The position numbers were made by a program, and so were the translations under genes. A stretch of DNA of 63,718 nt, counting the filler, from Alphaproteobacteria bacterium (GTDB lineage: Bacteria > Pseudomonadota > Alphaproteobacteria > Caedimonadales > UBA9215): assembly GCA_024280495.1 (NCBI GenBank). It is 5 parts of 5 records of this genome, joined end to end, with 100 filler letters (N's around TTAATTAATTAA, not from the genome) between each part and the next. Parts side by side here need not be neighbours in the genome. Positions count along the whole stretch, not along the records: positions 5,179 to 14,082 come from JAJRPZ010000027.1; positions 14,183 to 29,907 come from JAJRPZ010000028.1; 3 more parts are not named here. The stretch is one strand, 5' to 3'. Of this stretch, positions 9,739 to 19,803 are shown piece after piece. The notes beneath the pieces were generated by a model. It saw only the letters and a program-made list of their open reading frames with translations. It had not been told where the DNA came from and did no database searches. How positions within the stretch are numbered: position 1 is the first letter of the stretch; every line of letters starts with the position of its first letter.

Positions 9739-11247
9739 ATGAACAATCTAATTTCAAGAACAATATTTTCAGTCACTACCCTATGCGCTACGAATGCCTT
9801 AACCTCTTCTCAATACCCTCCAGAAGGATACGAAGAACCCATCGTGCATAACTATAGAGAAAATAGAGCAACGGGAAAAATGCTTCTAGATCAAAACCTA
9901 GCTGACCTAGAACAATTAGTGGAAATGGGTATTTTAAAACCAGTCCAACCACAAATTGAAGAGATAATAACTAATACTAATGTGCCAGAGATCACTTCAA
10001 CCACTCTAATGACAACAGTTAACAACGCTCCAGAACTCACATTTCAGCAATTAATTAACCTAATATCTTTTGGTAATGATTTTTGGGAAATTCCCGACGG
10101 TTATCAATATTTCGAGTCAGGCATCACCACGACTATTTCTGGAAATGAAACAAATCTTGATGATATATTTAGGGGAGAAATGCTCACTTTATCAGATTCT
10201 AACATTCGAAGTGATTTCTCCTTTTTAACTAAGGGGCGGATTTTATCGATGATAAATGACCTTATAGGAAAACAAATTATTTTATATAAAATTCCTGGTC
10301 TAGAACTTCCTGTTTGCTTGATTAAAAAAAACTCTATTGATCAAGGATTTCTAAACGAAGATTTTTTGAAATCCTCACTTTCAATAGGAAATGATATTGA
10401 AAATTCTGATATTATAAAATACTCACAGTTGAGAGATTGCATAGATAAAGTGGAACTTGCCTTAACAAATTTGGAAAACGCCCAAGATGACAAAGACTAT
10501 CTCGTGGAAAAAGCTGATAGGTATATTACTCGCCTAAAAAACTTATATAATCAGTATGAAGTGATGGAAGAAAATCTATCTTCTCTTGAAAGGTATACAA
10601 GTAAACTCAATTCTTTATTAGAAGAGCCAGAAATTGAGGCACCCTCCATAAGGAACTTTAAAACTGTTAGTAGCCTAAGAGATGCGTTTTCTGATGCCAT
10701 TGATCTTTCTGGCCCAAAAATAGCAGTTTTAGACTTTGATGAAACTCTGGCTATTTATGGACCACAGGGTAGAGATCATCCGAAAATTCTCATAGATTCC
10801 GAAACTGGAATTTTCCTAGAATACCTTAGAACAAAAGATTTTTCAAACATTATAGTTGTTTCCACTAAAGGGCAGACACAATTGGAAGCTGCTCTAAACT
10901 CTGTCGGTTTATCCAATAGTTTTGATGCTGTTTACGGCGGAATCAGAGATAAATCTGGAAAGATAGCTCAGCATCTGTCTCAGGACGCGCGTGATTTCAA
11001 ACATCTAGTTTTTGTTGATGATCAGGAAGGCCTTTGTCAAAATGTTTTTTCTAAGACTTTCGAAAAACCAATCAATGTGCATGTAAATCATTTCTTCTCC
11101 GTAGAACATAACTTTGGTCATCTTATCCCTATGATTCAGGATATGACAGGAAATGACTACAACACAGTGAAAAATAACTTGATTGGATTGTTTAATGAAG
11201 GCGGAAGTGATTCTATTAGTCGCTTCATGGATAGATTATTCAACTAA
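9739..11247 (+). CDS. Orphan, probably secreted protein with central coiled coil and C-terminal HAD-like domain
   Basis: Signal-peptide-like N-terminus; HAD motifs AVLDFDETL, IIVVST, DKSGK, LVFVDD; AGAAGGA RBS. Confidence 0.65.
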   Translation: MNNLISRTIFSVTTLCATNALTSSQYPPEGYEEPIVHNYRENRATGKMLLDQNLADLEQLVEMGILKPVQPQIEEIITNTNVPEITSTTLMTTVNNAPELTFQQLINLISFGNDFWEIPDGYQYFESGITTTISGNETNLDDIFRGEMLTLSDSNIRSDFSFLTKGRILSMINDLIGKQIILYKIPGLELPVCLIKKNSIDQGFLNEDFLKSSLSIGNDIENSDIIKYSQLRDCIDKVELALTNLENAQDDKDYLVEKADRYITRLKNLYNQYEVMEENLSSLERYTSKLNSLLEEPEIEAPSIRNFKTVSSLRDAFSDAIDLSGPKIAVLDFDETLAIYGPQGRDHPKILIDSETGIFLEYLRTKDFSNIIVVSTKGQTQLEAALNSVGLSNSFDAVYGGIRDKSGKIAQHLSQDARDFKHLVFVDDQEGLCQNVFSKTFEKPINVHVNHFFSVEHNFGHLIPMIQDMTGNDYNTVKNNLIGLFNEGGSDSISRFMDRLFN

Positions 11248-11282
11248 ACGGCCACTGAAAAATAATCAGTAGTGAAATTCAT

Positions 11283-11317
11283 AAGGGGGAGATACCACCA
11301 TTGGTATCTTCCCTTTT
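11283..11317 (+). terminator. Intrinsic terminator-like hairpin
   Basis: AAGGGGGAGATACCA-CCAT-TGGTATCTTCCCTTTT between convergent genes. Confidence 0.75.
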
Positions 11318-11327
11318 CTGGTTTTTA

Positions 11328-11433
11328 TATAGTCATTACAAAAACATCTCAGACATCGTGAATCACTTCCGCGCCTATAATTCATAGGCGTTGGCCTCTC
11401 GCTCCGAGACTGGAACCTTTTTTAATGACTATA
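11328..11433 (+). mobile_element. ~107-bp palindromic miniature element, copy 2
   Basis: TATAGTCATTACAAAAA...CGCCTATAATTCATAGGCG...TTTTTTAATGACTATA. Confidence 0.9.
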
Positions 11434-11438
11434 GGTCC

Positions 11439-13235
11439 CTATTTATTTTGATTTATTAAGTCTTCAGGAGGCAGTTTCACACGAATGTGAAGCTCTTCTA
11501 ATTGTGTCACGCTCACATCACTTGGTGCACTCATCATAAGATCTTCGGCCTTTTGATTCATGGGGAACGCGACAATTTCACGCAAATTAGGTTCATCTGC
11601 CAAAAGCATCACAATACGATCCACACCAGGAGCACTACCACCATGGGGCGGAGCACCAAATTTCAAAGCATTAATCATACCTGAAAATTCTTTTTCGACT
11701 TCTTCTTGCGTATAGCCAGCAATGGAGAAAGCTTTATACATCACCGTCGGCAAGTGATTCCGAATGGCGCCACTGGAAAGCTCTATACCATTACAAACGA
11801 TATCATATTGATAAGCCAAAATATCTAAAGGATCTTTGTTTTCCAAAGCTTCCAATCCACCTTGAGGCATGGAAAAAGGATTATGTGAGAAATCCATACA
11901 CTTACGATCTTCATCATATTCAAACATGGGAAAATCAACGACCCAACAGAACTTAAAGCAATTTTTTTCAATGAGGTCTAATTCTTCGGCAATACGAGTC
12001 CTAGCATGGCCCGAAAGTTTTGCTGCGCCATTTTCCTTGTCACACACAAAAAACACGGCATCCCCCTCTCCCATACCCGTGATTTCTTTAAGTTTTGCAA
12101 TACGGGCTTCATCGAGGAATTTCGCAATGGGGCCTTTGGCTTTACCATCAACGAATGTGATATACCCAATACCAGGTGCTCCTTCTTTCTGAGCCCATTT
12201 ATTCATTTTATCAAAAAAGCTACGGGGTTGTGCAGCAGCGCCCTTGGCTTGGATAGCACGAACAACGGATCCTTTCTTCAAAGCCTTTGCAAAAATTGAA
12301 AAATCCGATTCAGCAAAAACGTCCGCAACATCAAAAATCAAGAGAGGGTTACGAAGATCAGGTTTATCACTGCCGTAGGTTAGCATAGCTTCTGCATAAG
12401 GAATGCGCGGGAACGCTCCCTCAGTCACAGAACGGCCATTGGCAAATTCCTCAAACAGGCCGCGTAATACGGGCTCAATGATTTGAAAAACATCTTCTTG
12501 AGTAACATAAGCCATTTCAAAATCTAATTGATAAAATTCACCAGGTGACCTATCGGCACGGGCATCTTCATCACGAAAACAAGGCGCAATTTGAAAATAC
12601 TTATCAAATCCCCCCATCATGAGGAGTTGCTTGAACATTTGTGGAGCTTGGGGCAACGCATAAAACTTACCAGGATGAAGGCGGCTTGGAACCAAAAAGT
12701 CGCGTGCGCCCTCAGGTGAGCTAGCCGTCAAGATAGGTGTTTGAATTTCAAGGAAACCTTGATCCGTCATACGACGACGCATGGAACTAATAATATGAGA
12801 GCGCAACACAATGTTCTTGTGCATTTTTTCACGGCGTAAGTCCAAGAAACGGTAGCGTAACCGTGTATCTTCGGGGAAATCCTTATCGCTGTTAACCTGA
12901 ATAGGAAGCATATCAGCCGTTGATTCGATTTTTACACTCTCTACGGAAAGCTCAATTTCACCAGTTTCCATATCTTTATTAATAGTATCACTGCTACGTT
13001 TGACGACTTTACCAGTAATGGTCAAAACACTTTCGTATTTCGCACCTTCAGCAATTTTAAAGTCCATATCATCACAATTAACAACGCACTGCGTGATACC
13101 AAAGTGATCCCGAAGGTCAATGAACAGCAAATTACCATGGTCGCGTTTACGGTGAACCCAGCCACTGAGGCGAACGGTTTTTCCGTCATGAGAGACTCGA
13201 AGTTCAGAACAATTGTGAGTACGATACGGATGCAT
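11439..13235 (-). CDS. aspS: Aspartyl-tRNA synthetase
   Basis: [44 protein letters not shown]. Confidence 0.98.
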   Translation of the reverse strand: MHPYRTHNCSELRVSHDGKTVRLSGWVHRKRDHGNLLFIDLRDHFGITQCVVNCDDMDFKIAEGAKYESVLTITGKVVKRSSDTINKDMETGEIELSVESVKIESTADMLPIQVNSDKDFPEDTRLRYRFLDLRREKMHKNIVLRSHIISSMRRRMTDQGFLEIQTPILTASSPEGARDFLVPSRLHPGKFYALPQAPQMFKQLLMMGGFDKYFQIAPCFRDEDARADRSPGEFYQLDFEMAYVTQEDVFQIIEPVLRGLFEEFANGRSVTEGAFPRIPYAEAMLTYGSDKPDLRNPLLIFDVADVFAESDFSIFAKALKKGSVVRAIQAKGAAAQPRSFFDKMNKWAQKEGAPGIGYITFVDGKAKGPIAKFLDEARIAKLKEITGMGEGDAVFFVCDKENGAAKLSGHARTRIAEELDLIEKNCFKFCWVVDFPMFEYDEDRKCMDFSHNPFSMPQGGLEALENKDPLDILAYQYDIVCNGIELSSGAIRNHLPTVMYKAFSIAGYTQEEVEKEFSGMINALKFGAPPHGGSAPGVDRIVMLLADEPNLREIVAFPMNQKAEDLMMSAPSDVSVTQLEELHIRVKLPPEDLINQNK

Positions 13236-13362
13236 ATTTTACATTTCCCAAATATTTGTTATGTTGTTGTGAATATAAAATAATTTTTAAAGAAACACCA
13301 GTGCTTCTTGGGTTTTCACGCAACACAAATCCAGATGTCTATGCCCAGGAAATAATAGTTTT

Positions 13363-14082
13363 ATGCCTTACCTATTTATTAATACCTCCGATGCCTTAAA
13401 ATCTTATTGTGACGACGCTCACAAAACCTTAACGGAGGGAGATTTTTTAACCATTGACACAGAGTTCATCCGCGAAAAAACATACGCAGCTCAATTATGC
13501 TTGATTCAAGTTTCAACGAAAGATCACGCAGCCATCATTGACCCTCTCGCTCCTCGCATTGATTTAGAACCTTTATTTAAGATTCTTAAAGACCCCGCTT
13601 GCAAAATTGTTTTACACGCAGGACGCCAAGACCTTGAGATATTTTTAGCTTTTATGAAAGAGCTCCCCACAAATATTTTCGATAGTCAAATTGCTGCTAT
13701 GGTTTGTGGATTTGGCGATAGTGCTGGTTACGAAACCCTCGTTAAAAAAATTTGCAAAACCTCTATAGATAAATCTTCGCGTTTTTCAAACTGGGCCCAA
13801 CGCCCCTTATCAAAGCGTCAGCTAGATTACGCCATTGGTGATGTCACATACCTCCGTGATATTTATACATTCCTTATGAGTGACATCAAAAAACAAAATC
13901 GTGAAAGTTGGATTCAAGAAGAGATTCAAGATTTAATCAATCCGCAAACCTATGTGCCAAACCCTAAAAAGCTTCTTCATAAAATAAAGCTTCGAACCTC
14001 TAAGCCCCATGTTTTGGCACGCGCCCTTGCCCTTGTAAATTGGCGTGAATCCCAAGCTGCCACCCTAAATAAGCCTCGCCAG
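13363..14082 (+). CDS. rnd: Ribonuclease D, 3' end cut by linker
   Basis: IDTEFIREKTY..LCLIQ, HAGRQDLE, FDSQIAA, WAQRPLS...YAIGDV. Confidence 0.95.
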
Positions 14083-14182
14083 NNNNNNNNNNNNNNNNNN
14101 NNNNNNNNNNNNNNNNNNNNNNNNNNTTAATTAATTAANNNNNNNNNNNNNNNNNNNNNNNNNNNNNNNNNNNNNNNNNNNN
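14083..14182. other. Artificial contig linker
   Basis: 44 N + TTAATTAATTAA + 44 N. Confidence 0.98.
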
Positions 14183-14183
14183 A

Positions 14184-14681
14184 GCAAGGTTAGGAGCCAC
14201 CTTGACAGGTGTGGATGCAGGATCTGAAAATATTGAAGTTGCCAAAGCCCATGCACTGCAATCAGGTTTGGATATCAAATATCTCAACACCTCAAGTGAA
14301 GCTCTAGCAGCCAAAGGTGCAGAGTTCGATGTCATCATTGCCCTTGAAATTGTTGAGCATGTCGCTGACGTACCATTATTCCTGAAATCTTGCTCAGACC
14401 TCATAAAACCTGGGGGGATACTAATCATGAGCACTCTAAATCGCACGCTTAAATCCTATGCCCTTGGGATTTTAGCCGCAGAATATATCTTGAAGTGGGT
14501 CCCAAAGGGAACTCACCAATGGAAAAAATTTGTCGAACCCGCAGACCTTGTCAGGGGCCTTGAAAAACATAATGTCATAACCAAAAATATCAAGGGACTT
14601 AGTTTCAACCCCCTTAAACGCACTTGGGTCCTGGGGGATGATTTGGATGTAAATTATATGCTGAGTGCAAAGAAAAAATAG
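14184..14681 (+). CDS. ubiG: Ubiquinone biosynthesis O-methyltransferase, C-terminal fragment
   Basis: ARLGATLTGVDA, NIEVAKAHA, LEIVEHV, STLNRT, AEYILKWVPKGTH, DVNY. Confidence 0.93.
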   Translation, partial: ARLGATLTGVDAGSENIEVAKAHALQSGLDIKYLNTSSEALAAKGAEFDVIIALEIVEHVADVPLFLKSCSDLIKPGGILIMSTLNRTLKSYALGILAAEYILKWVPKGTHQWKKFVEPADLVRGLEKHNVITKNIKGLSFNPLKRTWVLGDDLDVNYMLSAKKK

Positions 14682-14687
14682 AGCTGA

Positions 14688-15269
14688 TTAGAAAAATATA
14701 TTTTTATGAACACCTTGGATTAGGCAAACGCGGGTGTTTCCATAGATGCGGTTAACTTTGATAAAAGGTTCTAATTTTATGGAAATGACATCGTCTTCTG
14801 CCATCTCTGCCACAATTAATGCCTTTTCATCAATCCAACCCTTTTGAGCCAAATACTCTGTTGAAAATTTTATAAGGCGCTTACCATAAGGGGGATCCAA
14901 AAACACAAGATCCATGGAGGAGGCTTGTTTTGGGGGACGCAACGCATCTAGACGCTGTAATTTTGTATTTTTAAGGCTGCACCCAAGATGCAATGCATTT
15001 TGCCTCAATATCCCAAAAGCCTTTGGATTTTGTTCAAAAAAAGTTACATGGCTTGCACCCCGTGAAAGAGCTTCAAGACCTAATGCACCAGATCCTGCAA
15101 AAGCATCTAGAACAAGCATTCCATCAAAAGATTTACCTTCATTGGCAAGGTCTACTTCTAAAAGATTAAACATAGACTCACGGACACGATCCGTTGTAGG
15201 TCTTGTAATACTTGCCGAAGGGGCTTCGATTTTGCGCCCTTTAAAGTGACCCGTGATCATACGCAACAT
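14688..15269 (-). CDS. rsmD: 16S rRNA m2G966 methyltransferase
   Basis: RPTTDRVRESMFN, FAGSGALGLEALSRGA, DPPY. Confidence 0.95.
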   Translation of the reverse strand: MLRMITGHFKGRKIEAPSASITRPTTDRVRESMFNLLEVDLANEGKSFDGMLVLDAFAGSGALGLEALSRGASHVTFFEQNPKAFGILRQNALHLGCSLKNTKLQRLDALRPPKQASSMDLVFLDPPYGKRLIKFSTEYLAQKGWIDEKALIVAEMAEDDVISIKLEPFIKVNRIYGNTRVCLIQGVHKNIFF

Positions 15270-16120
15270 TATAGAGTCCCTTCTTTTTCAGACAAATATA
15301 TTTTTGCAAGGCCCACAAATTGCTCACAAGATAATTCCTCTGCCCGCGCTGTTTCCTTGATCTTCATAGCCTCAAGAACTGAAACTGGATCAGAAAAAAG
15401 AGGTTGTAGAGTTTTACGCAGCATCTTACGACGTTGAGAAAATGCTTGCTTGGTCACGATTTTAACGGCTTTCCACAAATCATTTTTTGGATAAGAAAGT
15501 CTCGGCTTTAGCACAACAATGGCTGACGTTACTTTTGGGGCTGGTTTAAATGCTTCTGGTGGGACTTCAAAGGCAATTTTTGCTTCGTAACGTAGCTGAC
15601 AAAGAATGCTCAATCGTCCATAGGCTTTACATTGAGGAGAGGCGGTAAGTCGTAAGGCGACTTCTTTTTGAAACATCAAAACAAGACCCGTAATATCCTG
15701 AACACCTTCAACCCACGTCATGAGCAATTGCGTTGAAATATTGTAAGGCAAATTGGCAATGATTTTAAAAGGGCCAGGACCAATATCTAATAAAGGTGTT
15801 TTTAAAGCATCCGCCTCAAGAACTTTTAATTTATGATTAGAAGCCTTTGACAAAACAGAAAGGGCATCCAAACAACGTTGATCTTTTTCAAGAGCGATAA
15901 GATGTTTGGCCCCACATAACAAAATCCCTCGCGTCAGAGCACCTGGACCTGGTCCAATTTCGACAAGGGTCTCCGTATCGAGATACGGCAAACCCTGACG
16001 GGCAATTTTCTGGGTCAAATTTAAATCCAAAATAAAGTTTTGACCCAAGGATTTTTTTGCGCCTAGATCAAATTCTGCAATGGTTTCTGATATGGATTTC
16101 AGATTATGAAGATCAGTCAT
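15269..16120 (-). CDS. rsmA: 16S rRNA dimethyladenosine transferase (KsgA)
   Basis: KKSLGQNF, EIGPGPG, ANLPYNI, MFQKEVA. Confidence 0.97.
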   Translation of the reverse strand: MTDLHNLKSISETIAEFDLGAKKSLGQNFILDLNLTQKIARQGLPYLDTETLVEIGPGPGALTRGILLCGAKHLIALEKDQRCLDALSVLSKASNHKLKVLEADALKTPLLDIGPGPFKIIANLPYNISTQLLMTWVEGVQDITGLVLMFQKEVALRLTASPQCKAYGRLSILCQLRYEAKIAFEVPPEAFKPAPKVTSAIVVLKPRLSYPKNDLWKAVKIVTKQAFSQRRKMLRKTLQPLFSDPVSVLEAMKIKETARAEELSCEQFVGLAKIYLSEKEGTL

Positions 16121-17406
16121 TATCTGCGTTCAATGTGTGCAGAGGCCACTCTCGTCATTAATTCTTGCTGGGAAATATTTTGCAATTGTTTATCTAAGAG
16201 TTGAGCTTGAATGTCGTCACGATTAGGCGCTTTTGGATTACTTGTCTGACGATCACAAATAACAAAAAACAACGCTCCATTTCCTGTGTATACGGGTTTT
16301 GATGCACGATTTAAAGACGTTCCATTGATGATTTTTTTAAGGGCCGTATTCAGGTTTTGCAGAGGTACTTTTTTTACAAATTGAACGTGCCCTTTCTTTG
16401 ATTTCACGAGCCTTTCAACGGAACGGCAACTCCTTATTTGCTGAGCAATGGCAGCAACTTGCTTGATGTTATCTTCAATCTCAAAGGCAAAAGCATCCTC
16501 TGGATTCGCCACAAACACCTGTTTAAAGCTCACAGTCTTAGAAGGTTTTGAAAATTGGCCAGGGCTTAATTTATCACGAACAAAATACAAACGCACGGCT
16601 CCACGGGATTTGAAGGGGTTGGATATACCTCCCTCTTTCACATGAGCCAGTTCTTTTGCTTCTTCTGGCAGAAATTTCGACTGAGGAACCCAACCGATAT
16701 CACCACCGCGGGCGGCACTTGGCGCATTGGAAAACTGGCTGGCCAAGATGGAAAATTGCGCGCCTTTTTTAAGTTGATTTGCAATTTTTTGAGCCTGGCG
16801 CAATCGTTTTTCGGCTGTATTTTTGTGGTCAATGGGCAAAATAATTTCAGCCAAGTGATATCTTGTTTCAGTCAAAGACGATTTTAATTCATCCAAAGCA
16901 CGATCAATATCATCGGGGGTCACTCGAATTGAGTCCCCATAACGCGCTTTGATAAAATCATTCCAAATCAAAGAAGATTTAATATTTTGCTCCATCACAT
17001 AGTATGGAATCCCTTTTTTAGAAAGCATCTTTTTAAAGCCACCTTCAGCCATATTATTTAAATTTTCAATTTGACGAATGGAGGCCTGAACAGCTGTTTC
17101 TTCAACATCAATTTTGAACTCTTCAGTCAACTGAAGCTTAACAAGTTCTTGGATCAAGGTATCTAGAATTTGGGTACGTACTTGTTTAATATTTTCAGAA
17201 TTTATTGGCAAATTCATAGATATCAAGGCCAATTTAATACGATAATTCAGATCTTTTTCTGTAATAACCTTGTTATTCACCGTTGCTGCAATACGAGCAC
17301 TCGAATTTTTTGGAGATGATCTTTTTTGAGATGCGGCTGCATCCACTGGCACCAGTGCCCCACTAAATAATAAAGCAGCCATGAAAGCAAAAGAAAAACG
17401 AGTCAT
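16120..17406 (-). CDS. surA: SurA-family periplasmic chaperone/parvulin PPIase
   Basis: Signal peptide; IAATVNNKVIT; FSILASQFS..SAARGGDIGW; adjacent to rsmA. Confidence 0.88.
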   Translation of the reverse strand: MTRFSFAFMAALLFSGALVPVDAAASQKRSSPKNSSARIAATVNNKVITEKDLNYRIKLALISMNLPINSENIKQVRTQILDTLIQELVKLQLTEEFKIDVEETAVQASIRQIENLNNMAEGGFKKMLSKKGIPYYVMEQNIKSSLIWNDFIKARYGDSIRVTPDDIDRALDELKSSLTETRYHLAEIILPIDHKNTAEKRLRQAQKIANQLKKGAQFSILASQFSNAPSAARGGDIGWVPQSKFLPEEAKELAHVKEGGISNPFKSRGAVRLYFVRDKLSPGQFSKPSKTVSFKQVFVANPEDAFAFEIEDNIKQVAAIAQQIRSCRSVERLVKSKKGHVQFVKKVPLQNLNTALKKIINGTSLNRASKPVYTGNGALFFVICDRQTSNPKAPNRDDIQAQLLDKQLQNISQQELMTRVASAHIERR

Positions 17407-17553
17407 AAACTTAACCTTTTAAGAAATGATATTTATGGGTTAGTATGCTAAATAATTAGCTAACGGTGCCTATAAGAAAGCACATATTCACTCTATATGA
17501 CAAGTGTATTCCTGCTTTCAACTTTTTTTATTAATAAATTCAAAGATATACAA

Positions 17554-18705
17554 ATGATTCTTTTATTTAATCGCCTTGGTCGGTACATTTTTTTCCAAAA
17601 TATGCGCATGACCCTTTTGATTTCCAGTGTTCTTATTTCCGCCATATGGCTCACTCAATCTCTACGTTTCATTGATTATATCATGACCAAAGGCCTTTCT
17701 TTTGTCCTTTTTATTAAACTCTCAAGCTTTTTAATTCCAAGCCTTATAAGTACAATTTTTCCCATTGCCTTTTTTATTGCCTGCCTTTTTATCTTCAGCA
17801 AACTTTATAGTGATAATGAACTGGTTGTCATGCGCTCCCTTGGTCTTTCTAATTTTAAAATTATTAATCCTTTTTTAATGGGTGCCTTTTTTATAACCCT
17901 CATTTTATATGCCGTTAATTTTTATGTTCACCCCATGGCTAAAACAAATTTCAATGAGCTACGCAATGATATCCGTAATAACCTTTCAGGAAAGTGGATT
18001 CAGCCAGGAGTTTTTATAAACATTAACGGATTAACTTTCTATACAAAGCAAAAAACAAGTTCAGGAGACATGAAAGGCATTTTTTTCCATGATGCTAGGA
18101 ACCCAAAATCTGTTTCAACAATTACAGCCCAATTGGGACAAATTCAAGAAACAGCAAATGGCCTTAAATTTATTCTTTATCATGGCACCCGCCAGAGCAC
18201 TTCAAATAAAACACACAAACCTTCCATTTTGACCTTTGAGCGATATAGTGTTGATGTGGAAAATGTTCAGCCTCAAAAAAAACGTAGGAAAGATGCCAAT
18301 GAACTTTCCATGGCTGAGCTTTTTAAGTACCAGGGCTCGTCCCCCCACCAACAAGAAAATCAAAAACGCCGCCGCATCGAAGCCCATGAACGCATCTTAT
18401 TACCTTTAGTCGTTTTCCCTTTTGCCCTTCTGGCGGGCTTGGTTTTTTTATTAGGAGACTATAATAGACGAGGGAAAACACAGCGCCTTGCCATTGGTAT
18501 TTCAGGAGCGCTTATTATTGAAGTTGGTCTTTTTTTCTGCATCAATCTATTTCAACGTTATGAATCTATGATTTATGTTGCTTATACAACTCTTTTAAGC
18601 TTAAATTTTTTGTTTTTGTGGTTCCTTTTAAAATCCCCTCGAAAAACAAATTCTAGACAAAAACCAGATCAAGCTCCCCAACAACAAGAAGGAGAAGCAT
18701 CATGA
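17554..18705 (+). CDS. lptF: LPS export ABC transporter permease LptF
   Basis: WLTQSLRF, DNELVVMRSLGLS, 3+3 TM layout; start chosen at ATG 17554. Confidence 0.9.
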   Translation: MILLFNRLGRYIFFQNMRMTLLISSVLISAIWLTQSLRFIDYIMTKGLSFVLFIKLSSFLIPSLISTIFPIAFFIACLFIFSKLYSDNELVVMRSLGLSNFKIINPFLMGAFFITLILYAVNFYVHPMAKTNFNELRNDIRNNLSGKWIQPGVFININGLTFYTKQKTSSGDMKGIFFHDARNPKSVSTITAQLGQIQETANGLKFILYHGTRQSTSNKTHKPSILTFERYSVDVENVQPQKKRRKDANELSMAELFKYQGSSPHQQENQKRRRIEAHERILLPLVVFPFALLAGLVFLLGDYNRRGKTQRLAIGISGALIIEVGLFFCINLFQRYESMIYVAYTTLLSLNFLFLWFLLKSPRKTNSRQKPDQAPQQQEGEAS

Positions 18706-19796
18706 GGTTGAGCTACTCACTTTCGAAATATCTATTCAAAACTTTTTTAAAATGGTCCCTTGTTACCTCTCTTGTTTTTACTGCTATTTATATTTTATTT
18801 GATGTTATAGAGCTGCTACGTCGGGTTTCCTCCCTTGACTCCATCCCTAATTTTTTTATTTTAAAGATGGTGATGTATCGCTTTCCCATGTTTTTTCAGG
18901 AAATCCTTCCCTTTATTCTCTTTTTTGCATCGATCATTACCTTTTGGCAGTTGAATAGAAATAGTGAAATTTTAAGCATTCGTGCAGCAGGTGTTTCCAT
19001 ATGGCAAATATTATTACCCCTTGTTAGCGGCACTTTATTGTTAGGTCTTGTGGATTTGCTGATTGTTAATAGTTTTTCTTCGGTTTTAATGGGTAAATAT
19101 TATAATCTGGAACGTACTTATATTTACAAATCCTCAGCACCTTTTTCTATTTCAAAATCAGGGTTATGGCTCCGAGAAACCATCGAGGGAAAACAAATCA
19201 TTATGAACGCTAAAAGATATGATGATAAAAACGAAGTCTTCCATAAATTTACGGCTTATGTTTTCGATAAAAACGATCAGTTTCTCGAGCGATTTGGGTC
19301 TCAAAAAGCTATTTTACGAGATCAAAAATTACACCTTAAAAAGGGATGGCATATTGAAAATGGGGGATTTCCAGAATCATTTAAGGATAAAGTCATGCCC
19401 ACTGGTTTTTCAAAAAAAAATATAAAAGCTTCTTTTTCGGATCCTAAGACATTAAATTTTTATACATTACGGTCCTATGCAAACCTTATGGAAACATCAG
19501 GACTTTCATCTACCCCCTATTACATGCAATGGCATATTCTTTTATCCAGGTGTTTTTGGTTGAGTATTATGGTTCTACTGGCCGCTACTTTTTCTCTTTC
19601 TCAAACCAGGAATGGCAAGGGAAGTATTATGATTATTTCGGGAGTAGCCTTCACCTTTTTGCTATATTTTTTAAAAGATGTAACTTTTTCCTTGGGGGGT
19701 GCTGGTAAGTTCCCGCCTTTTCTGGCAGCATGGGTACCAGTTATTGTGACGGCCTTTTTTGCCGCAACCAGACTTTTATATTCCGAAGATGGATAA
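18702..19796 (+). CDS. lptG: LPS export ABC transporter permease LptG
   Basis: SEILSIRAAGVSIWQ, SGLWLRE, LAAWVP, C-terminal EDG; ATGA overlap with lptF. Confidence 0.92.
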   Translation: MRLSYSLSKYLFKTFLKWSLVTSLVFTAIYILFDVIELLRRVSSLDSIPNFFILKMVMYRFPMFFQEILPFILFFASIITFWQLNRNSEILSIRAAGVSIWQILLPLVSGTLLLGLVDLLIVNSFSSVLMGKYYNLERTYIYKSSAPFSISKSGLWLRETIEGKQIIMNAKRYDDKNEVFHKFTAYVFDKNDQFLERFGSQKAILRDQKLHLKKGWHIENGGFPESFKDKVMPTGFSKKNIKASFSDPKTLNFYTLRSYANLMETSGLSSTPYYMQWHILLSRCFWLSIMVLLAATFSLSQTRNGKGSIMIISGVAFTFLLYFLKDVTFSLGGAGKFPPFLAAWVPVIVTAFFAATRLLYSEDG

Positions 19797-19803
19797 AACT
19801 TTC

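Noticed and set aside
9546..11433. Prophage or integrative element at tRNA-Arg
   Set aside because: No integrase, phage genes or duplicated tRNA 3' end
13363..14681. Apparent rnd-ubiG fusion, and truncated mutL, dapD, MidA-like and topA as pseudogenes
   Set aside because: All truncations coincide with linkers or the window edge
19759..19803. ORF-track start of lptD at 19759
   Set aside because: Lies inside lptG; ATG 19804 gives a coherent signal peptide once the insert is accounted for
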